From NCBI GenBank assembly GCA_038087875.1, contig CM075988.1, positions 11,224,001 to 11,288,000 of the forward strand: DNA of 64,000 bases. The letters are read 5' to 3'. The notes under the pieces were generated by a model. It had not been told where the DNA came from and made no database searches. It was given only the letters and a program-made list of their open reading frames with translations. Shown here in pieces: positions 12,322-24,405 of the stretch. Each line of letters starts with the position of its first letter. Position 1 is the first letter of the stretch. This DNA is from Malacoraja senta. Its lineage: Eukaryota. Both the position numbers and the translations under genes were made by a program.

Positions 12322-13254
12322 AAAAGTAACATTAGCAAATTTGCTGATGACACAAAGCTGGGTGGCAGTGTGAACTGTGAGGAGGATGCTATGAGGATGC
12401 AGGGTGACTTGGACAGGTTGGGTGAGTGGGCAGATACATGGCAGTTGCTGTTTAATGTGGATAAATATGAGGTTATCCACTTTGGTGGCAAAAACAGGAA
12501 GGCAGATTATGATCTGAATGGTGTCAAATAGGGAAAAGGGGAAGTACAACGAGACCTGGGGGTCCTTGTTCATCAGTCACTGAAAGTAAGCATGCAGGTA
12601 CAGCAGGCAGTGAAGAAAGCTAATGGTATGTTGGCCTTCAGAACAAGAGGAGATGAGTATAGGAGCAAAGAGGTCCTGCAATTGTACAGGGCCCTAGTGA
12701 GACCACATCTGGAGTATTATGTACAGTTTTGGTCTCCAAATTTGAGGAAGGATATTCTTGCTATTGGGGGAGTGCAGCGTAGGTTCACAAGGTTAATTCC
12801 CGGGATAGCGGGACTGTCATATGTTGATAGAATGGAGCGGCTGGGCTTGTATACTCTGGAATTTAGAAGGATGAGAAGGGATCTTATTGAAACATATAAG
12901 ATTATAAAGGGATTGGACATGCTAGTGGCAGGAAACATGTTCTCGATGTTGGGGGAGTCCAGAACCAGGGGCCACAGTTTAAGAATAAGGGGTAGGCCAT
13001 TTAGAACGGAGATAAGAAAAAAACCTTTTCACCCAGGAAATTGTGAATCTGTGGAATTCTCTGCCTCTGAAGGCAGTGGAGGCCAATTCTCTGGATACTT
13101 TCAAGAGAGAGTTCGATAGAGCTCTTAAAGATAGCGGAGTCAAGGTGAGAAGGCAGAAACGGGGTACTAATTGTGGATGATCAGCCATGAATGGCGGTGG
13201 TGGCTCAAAGGGCCGAATGGCCTACTCCTGCACCTATTGTCTATTGTCTATTGA
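12322..13254 (+). mobile_element. CR1 LINE, 5'-truncated (RT C-terminal half plus 3' UTR)
   Basis: ISKFADDTKLGG motif at ~12330; ORF 12592-13119 (LYRALVRPHLEY.VQFWSP...VQRRFTRLIPG...TRGHSL); (CTATTGT)n tail; frameshifted. Confidence 0.95.
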
Positions 13255-14158
13255 TCCTGAATGGACAAATGAGGGGTTCCTTTCCCAAAACTAGATCTGA
13301 TAAACTTTCCAGACACCAAATTAAAAAAAAACAAACCCATCCCATTTAGATTTTCACTGAGGATGATTTTTCAACATTCAATGAGCTTATATAATGATCC
13401 TCAAATTTCTGAGCTATTCATTTTATTTCTGTGCCGTTACCGCTCTTAAATCTATCCATGACTTCCTGCCATTCACTCAGAGCAAACCCTGAGATGAAAA
13501 ATGGCAGCAAATAATTAATGTCCACAAGCATGTCAACATGTCCTCATGTTCATAAGAATGATGTCCTCTATGCAAACGTGAGTGTCTCGATATGACGACC
13601 AAGACGAAAAGGAGTGAATCACCCTAGACGCTAGCAGCCTTTTGAATCCTCTGCAGAGTCCCTGTTACTACCTCAGATAACATTTGGTTAAAGTTAGAAA
13701 CATCTTAGGATGAGATGGCCTCCAGTGAATATTCAACGGGTCAACAATAAGATCTCTATCTTGATATCAATGTCATGAGCTAGAGCCAGTTCCAGGCACC
13801 TTGTAACTTGAGGCCCCATCCCTGGGAAACTCTGACAAACACATAATCAATGATATTTAAATAAATATTAGAATTAAATTACTTAAAACTGAAAACAATT
13901 AAAAATTTGAGGCAAAATATGTTAAATGAAAACACCTGAAAATGTAATTAGAAAGAAAAATCTGGCCGCTTATATCTCGTGCTTACATTTCCCCCTGGGT
14001 CCTCGACTTCAGTGCATTCTGGTGTAAGGCTGAGATTTGGACGTGAAACGGATCTGGGCTCTCTCTTCAGCCCACGACTATTTTGCTCAGCAATGAACAC
14101 TGGCATCTGAGCTTCAGAACATCTTGATCTTCCACCTTTGATCAAGCGTGTATAGATT

Positions 14159-14308
14159 ACCCATGGAGGTGACCTCCTCTTCTGGCCTCACTTGTGTTGT
14201 CGGAGGACTTGTGGTGCTGAGGCATAATGGGCTGATGGCTGGCCCTCCCCTCACACCACAAGCCATCAGCCAACACAAGTTAGACCAGGAGAGGTCACCT
14301 CCATGGGT
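14159..14308. repeat. ~150-bp imperfect palindrome (MITE-like fold-back)
   Basis: ACCCATGGAGGTGACCTC at 14159 is the exact reverse complement of GAGGTCACCTCCATGGGT ending at 14308. Pairing continues inward (CTTGTGTTG/CAACACAAG; CTTGTGGTG/CACCACAAG). Confidence 0.85.
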
Positions 14309-15657
14309 TCTACAAATTCAATTAAGGCACCGAGGACAATGCTGTTTATAACTTCTATATTTCCAGTGCAGCTGATGAGAAATTAGTAATCAAAGATCGA
14401 TACCTTCAACACCTGCTTATTCCTGCACAGACTGCTGATGTGCATAAAGAGCGGAAAGTGTCCAGTTGTTTGTTTTTTTAGTGTGAGCGATGGTGTCAGT
14501 TTATGTTTCCATGGTGATAACCAAGCACTCAAGCAAACTAATTACATTTGCCAGTGAAATCACAGTAAGCATCCAGGATCCTTTGCAAAGTCCTAAGACT
14601 GACCTTCAGTCTTCAGTTAGTAAGGTTTCCTGACAAATACTCATTCTTTCCTAACCCCTATTCTCCTCTCACCATCTCCCACCACCTCTCCTCCTCTCAC
14701 TTCTGTCAATTATAACTTTAAGTGAACTATGAAATTAATGTTTCAGTGAAATGCACAGACTGATAAGGTGCTATTCTAATTCATTCCTAAAAATGAGCAC
14801 ATTTTCTTCTACCAGTGTTCACCCCTCTCCACTTCATTTGACCATACGGATATGGAAGACCTGAATATTACTGGTCTGAATATAAAAGGAATTCCTGCAA
14901 TAATTCCTGAATGTTGGATGACACGAAGGTTGTGGCACCGTGGTGCAGTTGGTAGAGCCACTGCCTCACGGCGCCAGAGACCTGAGTTCAATCCTCGGGT
15001 GCTGTATCTGTGGAGTTTGCATATTCTGGATGTCTGTCGTCGGAAACAATTATAAAATTACCAGAAACAAAATAAAAGAGCAAACTTGTAAATTATGGAC
15101 GCTGTTTTAAAACAAATAACTAAAGCAAATTTAAACAAATAAAGCTAAACAAATGGTAAACATTTTAAAGAATGGAAGTCCTATGCCTTTCTTCTCTTAA
15201 CTCCAACTATTCTGTGGTGTTTGCATGTTCTCCCTGTGACCATGTGGGTTTTCTCCGGGTGCACTGGTTTCTTACCACAAGCGATGATGGTCAGCGGGGG
15301 CTGAAGGGTCTATTAATCTGTCATTCACTTAAAACTTTGACTTCAACTGATGAAAAGCAACTTAAGGAATTTGATATGGACAGGTACATGGATAGGAAAC
15401 GTTTAGAGATATATAGGCCAAACGCAGGCAGGTGAGACTGGTATAGATAGGGCACCTTGGTTGGCATGGGCAATGTGGATAGAAGAACATGTTTCCATGC
15501 TGTATGACCCTATTGAAAGCAGTAGGATTGCAGATTCCACACCAGTTCTAAGGTCATATGATTTCTGAAACCTTATTTCCAAAACTATGTGAAGATAGTT
15601 TCTCAGCAAGAAAGAACACATTATTGGGATTTGTGTGAAATCCACTGGTGAAATATG

Positions 15658-15962
15658 GGCTGCACAGTGGTGCATTTGGTGGAGCTGTTGTTTCATGGCT
15701 TCAGAGACGCGGATTCAATCCTGACTTTGGGCGCTGTCTGTGTGGAGTTTGCATGTTCTCCCTGTGATTGCATCTGTTTCCCACGGGTACTCCGCTTTTC
15801 TCTCACTACTCAAACATGTGTGGGTTTGTAATGGCCTCTGTAAATTGCTCCTAGTGTGGAGAGAGTGGATTGGAAAGTGGAATAACATAGTACTGGTGTC
15901 AACAGATGATCAATGGTCAGGAAGGACTCAGTGGGACAAAAAGCCTGTTTTGCATCTCATTT
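15658..15962 (+). mobile_element. Diverged HE1-like SINE
   Basis: tRNA-like head plus the GCTGTCTGTGTGGAGTTTGCATGTTCTCCCTGTGA body. Confidence 0.7.
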
Positions 15963-16004
15963 AGCATGTGCACAGTTCTCAGGTTTGCGAACATTTAATA
16001 CAAA

Positions 16005-17458
16005 CTAGACTAAGTGGGACCCGTTGGGAGGGCTGGTCCCCCAATGCAATATTCCACCTCCACCAATTCCAATATTGATGGCCAGTGGGGGGGGGCTTTC
16101 TGGAGCGCTAGTATGGGTATTGTGGGCTGACGGGACTGGTTTCCAGAGAGCTAGTATGGACATTGTGGGCCAAATGGATTCTTGGGCTGGCAACTCACTC
16201 ACGACTGGTGGGCTAGCAGTTGACTCACGGCTATTCCTTGAAATTCCATTTCAAACAGGGTGCAAGGCCACTAAATTCAAGTGCAGTTTCATGCCACCAA
16301 GCAGGGTGCAAGGCCAGCAAATTCAGGTGCAGTTTCATGCCACTTCAAGCAGGGTGCAAGGCCACCAAATGCTAGCGCTGTTTAATGCCATTTCAAGCAG
16401 GGTGCAAGGCCACCAAATTCAAGTTCAGTTTCATACCACTTCAAGCAGGGTGCAAGACAACCAAATTGAAGTACAGTTTCATACCATTTCAAGCAGGGTG
16501 CAAGGCCACCAAATTCAAGTGCAGTTTCATACCATTTCATGCAGGGTGCAAGGCCACCAAATTCAAATGCAGTTTCATACCATTTCATGCAGGGTGCAAG
16601 GCCACCACATTCAAATGCAGTTTCATACCATTTCAAGCAGGGTGAAACCACCATAAAACCACTATAAAACCACACAAAACACCACATAAACACCACACTC
16701 ACAGTTCAGTAGACATTCAGTGTGTTCAGTTGATTCACAGCTCAGACAGTCGTGACCTCTCCCTCCCCCATCTTGCAGAGACTAAGCCACCCACACTTCT
16801 GTGTTTTATAATCCCTCCTCCCTCCCACCGGAAGGGGCATGGCCTTCATGGCGTGATTGACAGGAGAGAGATTCTCAACATTTTTTTAAACACTAATAAC
16901 ACTTTTATTTTTCATTGATGGGAAGAATCCTCTGCACCTGATGAGCAGCGGGGGACTGAGTAAGATGGCCAAAAATCACAGCTGTACGTGGTAGGGTTTT
17001 ATCTAAAATCAACATACAATGCAAACAGGAAGTTGTCAAGTTTCCACCAACAACCATTTTTGCAGTGCAGCATTTCAAAGCAACCACATTTTCATTTTCA
17101 AACCACATTAAGGGCACTCACAGTAGAGTAGACATGTGTTCAGTGCTATTCATAGCTCAGAGTGACGTGACCCTCTCGCTTCCTCCATCTTGCAGGGACT
17201 GACTGAGGCACAACACTTCCGGGTTTTATAGTCCCTCCCCCCTCCCACCAGCAGGGCAGCGGAGAGAATCTCAAATTTTTAAAAACATTAATAACTCTTT
17301 CATTTTTCATTGATGGGAAAAATCCTTTTGTCCTGCGCAGCGGAGGGGGACTCTGAGTAAGATGGCCAAAAATCACTGCCGTAAGTGGCAACGTATTTTC
17401 TAAAATCATGAAACAGAAAAACAGGAAGTGGTCAAGATTTAACTTTTAGTAATAGAGA
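16005..17458 (-). mobile_element. Non-autonomous Helitron
   Basis: The minus strand starts A|TC (17458) and ends CTAG|T (16005), with no TSD: the canonical Helitron termini and A/T target. Contains a 48-bp array and a duplicated ~340-bp module. A second copy lies at ~58510-59472. Confidence 0.8.
16248..16642. repeat. 48-bp minisatellite (~8 copies) inside the Helitron
   Basis: Unit TCAAGCAGGGTGCAAGGCCACCAAATTCAAGTGCAGTTTCATACCATT; it explains the 16-aa periodic ORFs. Confidence 0.95.
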
Positions 17459-18754
17459 TGACAATGATTCTAATCAGAAGTGATGACATTTCCCAGCAAA
17501 ATCTGTACCACTGATTTCCAAGTTATATTGGAAATCAGGTTACTGAGGAAATATTTGAGCCACATTTAAAAAAAAATCATATTGGTTTAATACCACAAAT
17601 AGTACTCTGTTAATTCAGCAGAGCAAAAGATTTTTGAAGCAGAGACAAAGTGCTGGAGTAATTCAGCGGGTCGGGCAGCGTCCCAGGAAAACATGGATAG
17701 GTGACACTTTGGGTCGCGACCCTTCTTCAGAGATTTCTGATTTGCTCTTTGTCAGATTAATTTGCTTTCACTTATTTTCGATCTGCGAGATTTTAGCTCT
17801 TAGTAGGCTGGGTGTTGGTGAATTGTGTGGAGTAGGTTGCTTAGGTGATATTGCGCATTTCATGACAATGCAGGAAGGCTGCGTTTTAACTACATGAGAG
17901 ATCACTGAATATGTATAAGGCACAAATTTCATGGCCTATTTCCATTTACAGCCTGCAGGCGACTGAATGTATTTCGACTCTTAGCAATTCACTCTCAGTA
18001 GAATGAAAAGTATTGCAGATATCAATGAGAGAGAGCTTTATTGTCAGTTACAGCCCATATTTCCAGTTACAGTCCAACCTCTTGTGGGAGACTAAATATA
18101 TTTGGCTCCTAGCAAGTCTCAGTAGCAGAATGAAAAGTAATGCAGATATCAATGAGAGAGCATCATTGTCATCATACGATACTAAAGCTCCACGCTAGAC
18201 CTATCTCCTTAGAGTGAACTGTAGACCATTCAAAGCCAAGCACTAGTGCAATGGATATAACCAAACCATTTCTAATTCATTCCACATATAAGCGTTGCAT
18301 ATAATAGGAGATGGATGATATACGAGCATTCAAACCCAATAAAGCAAATGTGCTCTTTGCAATGTCCCTAAGGCTTATCTGATAACTGTAATCTACTATT
18401 CTCAATGTCTGTGACTTCCCTGTGGCCTTCAATATAGTGAACAACCTACCTGTCTCTGCTGTTTATATCATTGCTTTCTGCTTCTGTTTTAGTCTTTTAT
18501 TTGCAAGCAGATTACTTTGTTCAGGACTAAAACTCCCTTACCAACGCATCCACTTGGAGTGTCTTCATCTAAATGTAAGGAATATTCATAACTTGTTGAA
18601 AGGCTTCTGAGACCAATGGGAAATATTTAAATCAGTTATTCGGTGGAAGAATTTGATAACGTGAGGAGATAGCAGAGGAAATTGGCAAGGAGTCTCGCTG
18701 GGGCTACAAATATATTTTTATGAGAAGTTGGCTGGAGTGGTTTTCTTTTGAACA

Positions 18755-19075
18755 TTAGTTTAGTTTAGAGATGCAGAATGGAAACAGGCTCCTTGGCACA
18801 CTGAATCTACACCGACATTCACCCTCCTACACCAGCTCTATGTCATTCCACTTGCTCATTCACTCTCTCTACACGAGTGGCAATTTTTATGGTGACTAAA
18901 TAACCTACAAATCTGCACATTTTTCAGCTGTGGGAAGAAACTGGAGCACACAGAGAAAACCCACGTGGTCATAGGGAGAATGCGCAGATTCTACACAGAC
19001 AGCACCTGATGTCAGGATCAAACCCGGATCTCTGGCACAGTGAGGTAGCAACTCAACCAGTTGTACACTGTGCCA
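18755..19075 (-). mobile_element. Diverged HE1-like SINE
   Basis: (TTTAG)n-AGATGCAG..GGAAACAGGC tail and GGATCAAACCCGG B-box region on the minus strand. Confidence 0.75.
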
Positions 19076-19889
19076 TTTTTGAGGCTCAGTTAAGAATTAA
19101 TCAAAATATCCACACCTGAGAGGCCTGAATAAGATGAGCAGAAAGGACATATTAGCCTTTAGCAGCAAATCAAAATTTGGAGGATAGGATAAAATTAATA
19201 TGTTTTATTTCTAAGCATGAGAATGGTGCAACTCGCTTCAGAAAGAGTGGTAGAAGCAAAAACAAAATCATATTTTAAAAATATTTGGGTTGCCACAATG
19301 CACTGAAGCCTACAGGGGTGAGGATGGAAAGCTGGGGATGTGATGTTGGTCACAGTCATACAGCATGGCAACCCAATCGTAAACAAACAAAAGAAGAAAG
19401 GGAATAGACAGGCTGTTGGTGAGGCTGCCACTTATGGCGCCACCCGGTGGTCACCGGGTCACAATTTAAACTCCCATAGCACCACTAGCACATCCCACCT
19501 TGTGCAAAGAAAGGTGACGTTGGGCCTGTTGATGTACGATTCATGTAATTTGCACTGGTCCCACACTGCCCAGAAACTGTTCCATAACATCAGATATCTA
19601 CAGCTCTCCCTTGTTCACCATTGACTCAGCCAATGCTTTCATCTGCCCAATACCTGTCTCTGTATATTCGCACGTGCCACTGGGAGTAACTATGATGACA
19701 ATTTTTGCATTTCTGTTTTTAAACTCTTTTTAGGTTTCTAAAATCTGCAGGATCTCATCCTTTTCGCAATCCTTGTTGTTGCACTGATAGGGGCCGCAAA
19801 CTCTAAAACTGTCTGGAGAAGTGTCTCGATCCGAAACGTCACATATTTCTGTTCTCCAGAGATGCTGTCTGACCCGCTGAAATTCTCCA

Positions 19890-20500
19890 GCCGGGGATTC
19901 CCGTAGAGGAGCTCCGACCACCGGCCCGCGGCCCACATCATCCAGAAGCCGCGGACTGCGATGCTTCCAGCTGGCGTGGCGTCCGGAGCCTGGGATCCGT
20001 CGTTGGGGACCCCGGAGGAGAAGAGCTCCGACCGCCGGCCCGTGGCCTACTTCTAACCGCGGGCGCAGCGGGGACTTACCATTCGGAGCGGGATCCCTCG
20101 CCGGGGATCCCTGGAGAGGAGCTCTGACCGCCGGCCCTGCAGTCTGCGGTGCTTCTGGCTGCGGCGCGGCGGGGACTTTAGATCTTCAACCGCCAGCCTG
20201 CGGCCTACACCATCTTGAAGCCGTGGTCTCTGGTGGGGAAGCACCGATTCATGACTTACCTTGTCTGCACATCTGGATGCCCACAGGGTTGTGGTCCCGA
20301 CCATGGGGGAAAATGGAGGAGGACTGACCAAACTTTGTGCCTTCCACCACAGTGATGAATGCTGTGGTGGATGTTTGTGTCAAATTTTTATTGTGTATTG
20401 TGTGTTCTTTTTTTTTATTGTACCGCTGCTGGCAAGTTCATTTCACTGCACTTTATGTGCACGTGATGAATAAAATTGACTTGACTTGATTTAACTTGAC
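19890..20500 (+). mobile_element. GC-rich composite retroposon, 5'-truncated
   Basis: Reiterated GAGCTCCGACCGCCGGCCC units, hairpin core 20337-20378, tail ATTTCACTGCAC...GTGCACGTGATGAATAAA(TTGAC)n. Confidence 0.7.
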
Positions 20501-20845
20501 AGTGATATGTTGCCGATTCAGGATGGAGTGTGACATGGAGGAGAACCTGCAGATGGTTGTGCTTCCTGTTCTTTTTGTTGGTTGAGATTGAAGGTTTGCT
20601 TTAGCAGTTTACATCAGTACATTCTGCAGTTCGTACACCCTGCATCAAAGGTGCTTTTGAGATGGAGGACAACATTTATGTGCTATGCACTTAGAGGTGG
20701 TGCTAATCAAGTGAGTTATGTTGTCCTGGATTTTATCAGGTTTCTTGAGAATTGATGCAACTGTGCTTATCCAAGCAGGCAGGGGGTAATTAGTGGAACT
20801 CTTGAACTTTGCCCAGTTGACACAAAGATAGACAGACAGATAGAT

Positions 20846-20980
20846 AGTCTGAAGAAGAGTCTCAACCCGAAACGTCACCCATTCCTTTTCTTCAGTGATG
20901 CTGCCTGTCCAGCCGAGTTCCTCCAACATGTTGTGTCTATCTTCGGTTTAAACCAGCATCTGTAGTTCCTTCCTACACAT
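20846..20980 (+). mobile_element. PLE terminal repeat with hammerhead motif
   Basis: AGTCTGAAGAAGAGTCTCAACCCGAAACGTCACCC...GATGCTGCCTGTCC. Confidence 0.75.
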
Positions 20981-21754
20981 TTTGTCTGTGCCCAGTAGAT
21001 GTTGGAAACCATTTGTGAGTCAGGAGATGAGTCACTCCAGAGACATTTCTTTGGAGCTTCAGGATTTATGTGGCTGATCAAACTAAGTCAGTGTGGGTCA
21101 ATGTTCTTTCTCAAGGTGTTGACGTCGTGGGACTCAACGATGGGAATGTCATGGTAAAGAATAGCTGGTTAGAATGTGTCTCTGAAATAGTAATGACCTG
21201 GCACATTGTTACTGCAAATGTCACCTGCCATTCATCAGCTCCTGCCTTAATGTTGTCCCATTCATCAGCTCCTGCCTTAATGTTGTCCCATTCTTCCTGC
21301 ATGCTGGCAGGGACTACTTTATTTGCTATGAAGCTGTAAATAAAACTAAAGATTGTGCAGTCAACAGATTACTAGTTCTGATCTTGTGTTGGAATGAATA
21401 TCATTGATGAAAGACCTGATTACGGCTTGACCAAAGCTCTTGCAGCTATGTGCCAACCCTAGTTGATTCACCTCCAATAATTACAACTATATACCCTTGA
21501 GTTAACGTAACTCCTACTTGTGGTACAATTTGTCCCCAATTTCTGTGGTAGAATGCTGGCTTGGTGTCAAGGTTAGACACCAATTCTCCTCTGGAATTGA
21601 GCTACTTGTTCATATTTAGATGCAGGTTGTAATGAGTTGGACTTGTCCAAGTAAATCTCGGATGAGAATCAGTGACCAGGTTATTGGTGTTGAATTGTCA
21701 TTTAATAGTATTTTTAATTACTGGGCAGTAATTTCCCATAATAGATTAAACCTT

Positions 21755-22070
21755 GACCTAGAGTTAGATATAGCTCTTAGGGCTAATGGAATCAAAACAT
21801 ATGGGGAGAAAGCAGAAAAGGGGTATTGATTTTGGATGATCAGCCATGATCATATTGAATGGTAGTGTTGGCTCGAAGGGCCAAATGGCCTACTCCTGCA
21901 CCTAGTTTATATGTTTCTATGTTCCTATTGAGATTGACAGATTCTTGATTAGTAAGGGTATCAAAGGTGATGGGGAGAAGGCAGGAGAATAGGGTTGAGA
22001 GGGAAAGCTAAATCAACCATGAGTGAATGGCGTAGACTCGATGGGCCGAATGGCCAATTCTGCTCCAGTA
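21755..22070 (+). mobile_element. Two tandem CR1 3' tails
   Basis: Two successive ATGGGGAGAA.GCAG...CCATGA...GGGCC.AATGGCC units. Confidence 0.75.
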
Positions 22071-24106
22071 ATTTATTGGCCTGTTTTAAGGGAAGATGAA
22101 ATTGTTCCACATTGGTGGGAGAAATATTGATTCTGGACCTTCCATCATCAGGATATTGTTTGTATTCAGGGCTGTGTTCAGTGAACACAACCACTTCATG
22201 TTAACAAGTAGAATGAAATGAATGGTCGAAGACTGACTTCAGAAATCACTCCTGGGCAGGAAGCTTAGAACAATTATCCACTCCACTCTTCTGGCTGAAG
22301 ATGATTGGGATTTCTTGAAACTTTGGCACTTGGTTTGGACTTTGTGAAACAAAATAATGAAATTCTATCTCCAGAAATTACACTTGAATCCAGTGGTTTG
22401 TGTTTAATGTCTCTTTGAATCTAAAACTGCATTCAATGGACTTTGACAGAGGGACATTCCAACAAACACTTTATCTTTTTTTGTAAACCAGCTTCTGCAG
22501 TTCCTCGTATCCTTATGAGGAATGGGTGTGCTCTCTCCTTGTAGAAGACAAGGTGAACTCACTTGTGGATCTGCTGTAGTGTAATTCCGTCTGCAGGATC
22601 ATCTCAAATAAACTCGCATCTGCCCTTGATGGCCATGACCAACAAGCACTGCTGTAACCATGTAAATGTGTACAATGAGGAAATGTGCAGCTGTTTTATT
22701 GTCATGGACAGAACTTTTATAAATCTATTTTCCCTTCTTTTATGATTTCAATGATTAAAGATGCCTAATTATGGTTCTATTATTATAGGTTGTTTTGCTT
22801 ATCAGCATACATTGGCATGTTATGACATTTTTGATCTCTGAACCATATAAATTTGCACACAAACCAGGTGTGTGAACAAAAAAAATGTAATTTGGTTGTC
22901 AATCTTTGAGATGGGTTTGCAATTATTAGAAAATTGACTCAAATGAATTCAAAGAGAGCAAATCAATTTGTCAACTTGGACAAATTGCACCTTTATATCT
23001 GATCTCAGACGTTTCACACTCTTGTGCACAGACAAGCTCAGAATGTCTGAGTTGACTGTAATTTTCTCTGGCCCAACAGAGATGTGCCAGATGATACAGA
23101 TATGCTGCAAAATGCAAACTTCAATGTTTAGAATGATTTGTGTATCTGTGTGCCACTTAGAAAGTCTCATGAAAGCACTTGTATTCAACATTCATTTGGT
23201 AGGGTGTGTGGTGAGGAGGGGTGAAAGTAAAAGGATTTCCAAAGAAAGTCTTCCCTTCGAAAGTATAAAGAGAATTTTTTTTTAAATGTCTATGCCTGAA
23301 GCTGTCACCCTTTCAAATACAAGAAATATTTGATCGGAGAAGGTAAAGATAAAAATATAATTTGGGTTTCAGCACCAGTAATATAGTTCTAGGATCTTTA
23401 ATACAGATAAACCAGAATAGATACATTCATGTACTGGAAACATTGGCAAAGAGAAGCATTTGTAGACTTCCACTTTCTATTTCTTGTTGTGGCAATCAAG
23501 TATCTCGATTTGGAAACTCGTGAGTTTTAGTTGCAGTAGCCAATGTTTAGAGAGTCCTCTGTTCCAAATCAAGGAGATGCTTGAAGATAGGTTTACCTGA
23601 CTCAATCTATCTTGAGATGCAGAACTTCCTGAGAAATAGAAAGAGTATGTTATTTGGACTTCTGTGTCTACTCCGGCATTCAATTTTGCTGCCGTGCATC
23701 TACTTACACTAACCCCACATCCCTTGGTATTGATGTTTGTCCTGAATATGTTCAGTGACTGAGCTAACACAGACTTTTAGCACAGAGAATTTAAATTATT
23801 TACGAATCTCTGGGTGAAGAAAGTGTTCTCCATTCCTGCCCTGAATGGTTGACACTGTGAATCCTGTATCTCATGATCAAGCCAGAGGAATCATCACCCC
23901 TGCACTGACCTTGTGAAACCCCAAGAAATATATAGCAGTTTCAATAAAATCAATCTATTTATCATAAAACCTAGATAGGCGTCGGTCTGTCTGCTTAATC
24001 TCTTCTCTTGAGACAACCACTCCATCACAGGAATCAATCTCATCAATCTGAGTTACATTCCTATCATAAGTGCCTCTTTCAGTAGGGAGACCAGACATGT
24101 TCGCAA

Positions 24107-24405
24107 CATTAAGTGTTTCGACACGGTAGAGGCAGGAAAAATGTTCCCGATGTTGGGAGAGTCCAGAACCAGGGGCCACAGTTTAAGAATAAGGGGTAAG
24201 CCATTTAGAACGGAGATGAGGAAAAACGTTTTCACACAGAGAGTTGTGAATCTGTGGAATTCTCTGCCTCAGAAGGTAGTGGAGGCCAATTCTCTGGAGG
24301 CTTTCAAGAGGGATTTAGATAGATCTCTTAAAGTTAGAGGAGTGAAAGGATGTGGCGAGAAGGCAGGAATGGGGTACTCCTGCACCTATTTTCTATATTT
24401 CTATG
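24107..24405 (+). mobile_element. CR1 LINE 3' fragment
   Basis: ORF start MFPMLGESRTRGHSLRIRGKPFRTEMRKNVFTQRVVNLWNSLP. Confidence 0.9.

Noticed and set aside
13948..14145. 65-aa minus ORF with a GTAAGC donor-like site
   Set aside because: No recognisable homology and only a weak acceptor; not supportable as an exon.
16024..16702. 210-aa and overlapping repetitive ORFs (SSRVQGHQIQVQFHTI)n
   Set aside because: They are a by-product of a 48-bp minisatellite open in several frames on both strands. The paralog at 59 kb has a frame-breaking indel.
21228..21292. 30-bp tandem duplication (similar short ones at 3763-3793, 24527-24553, 60127-60158)
   Set aside because: Ordinary slippage duplications with no further structure.
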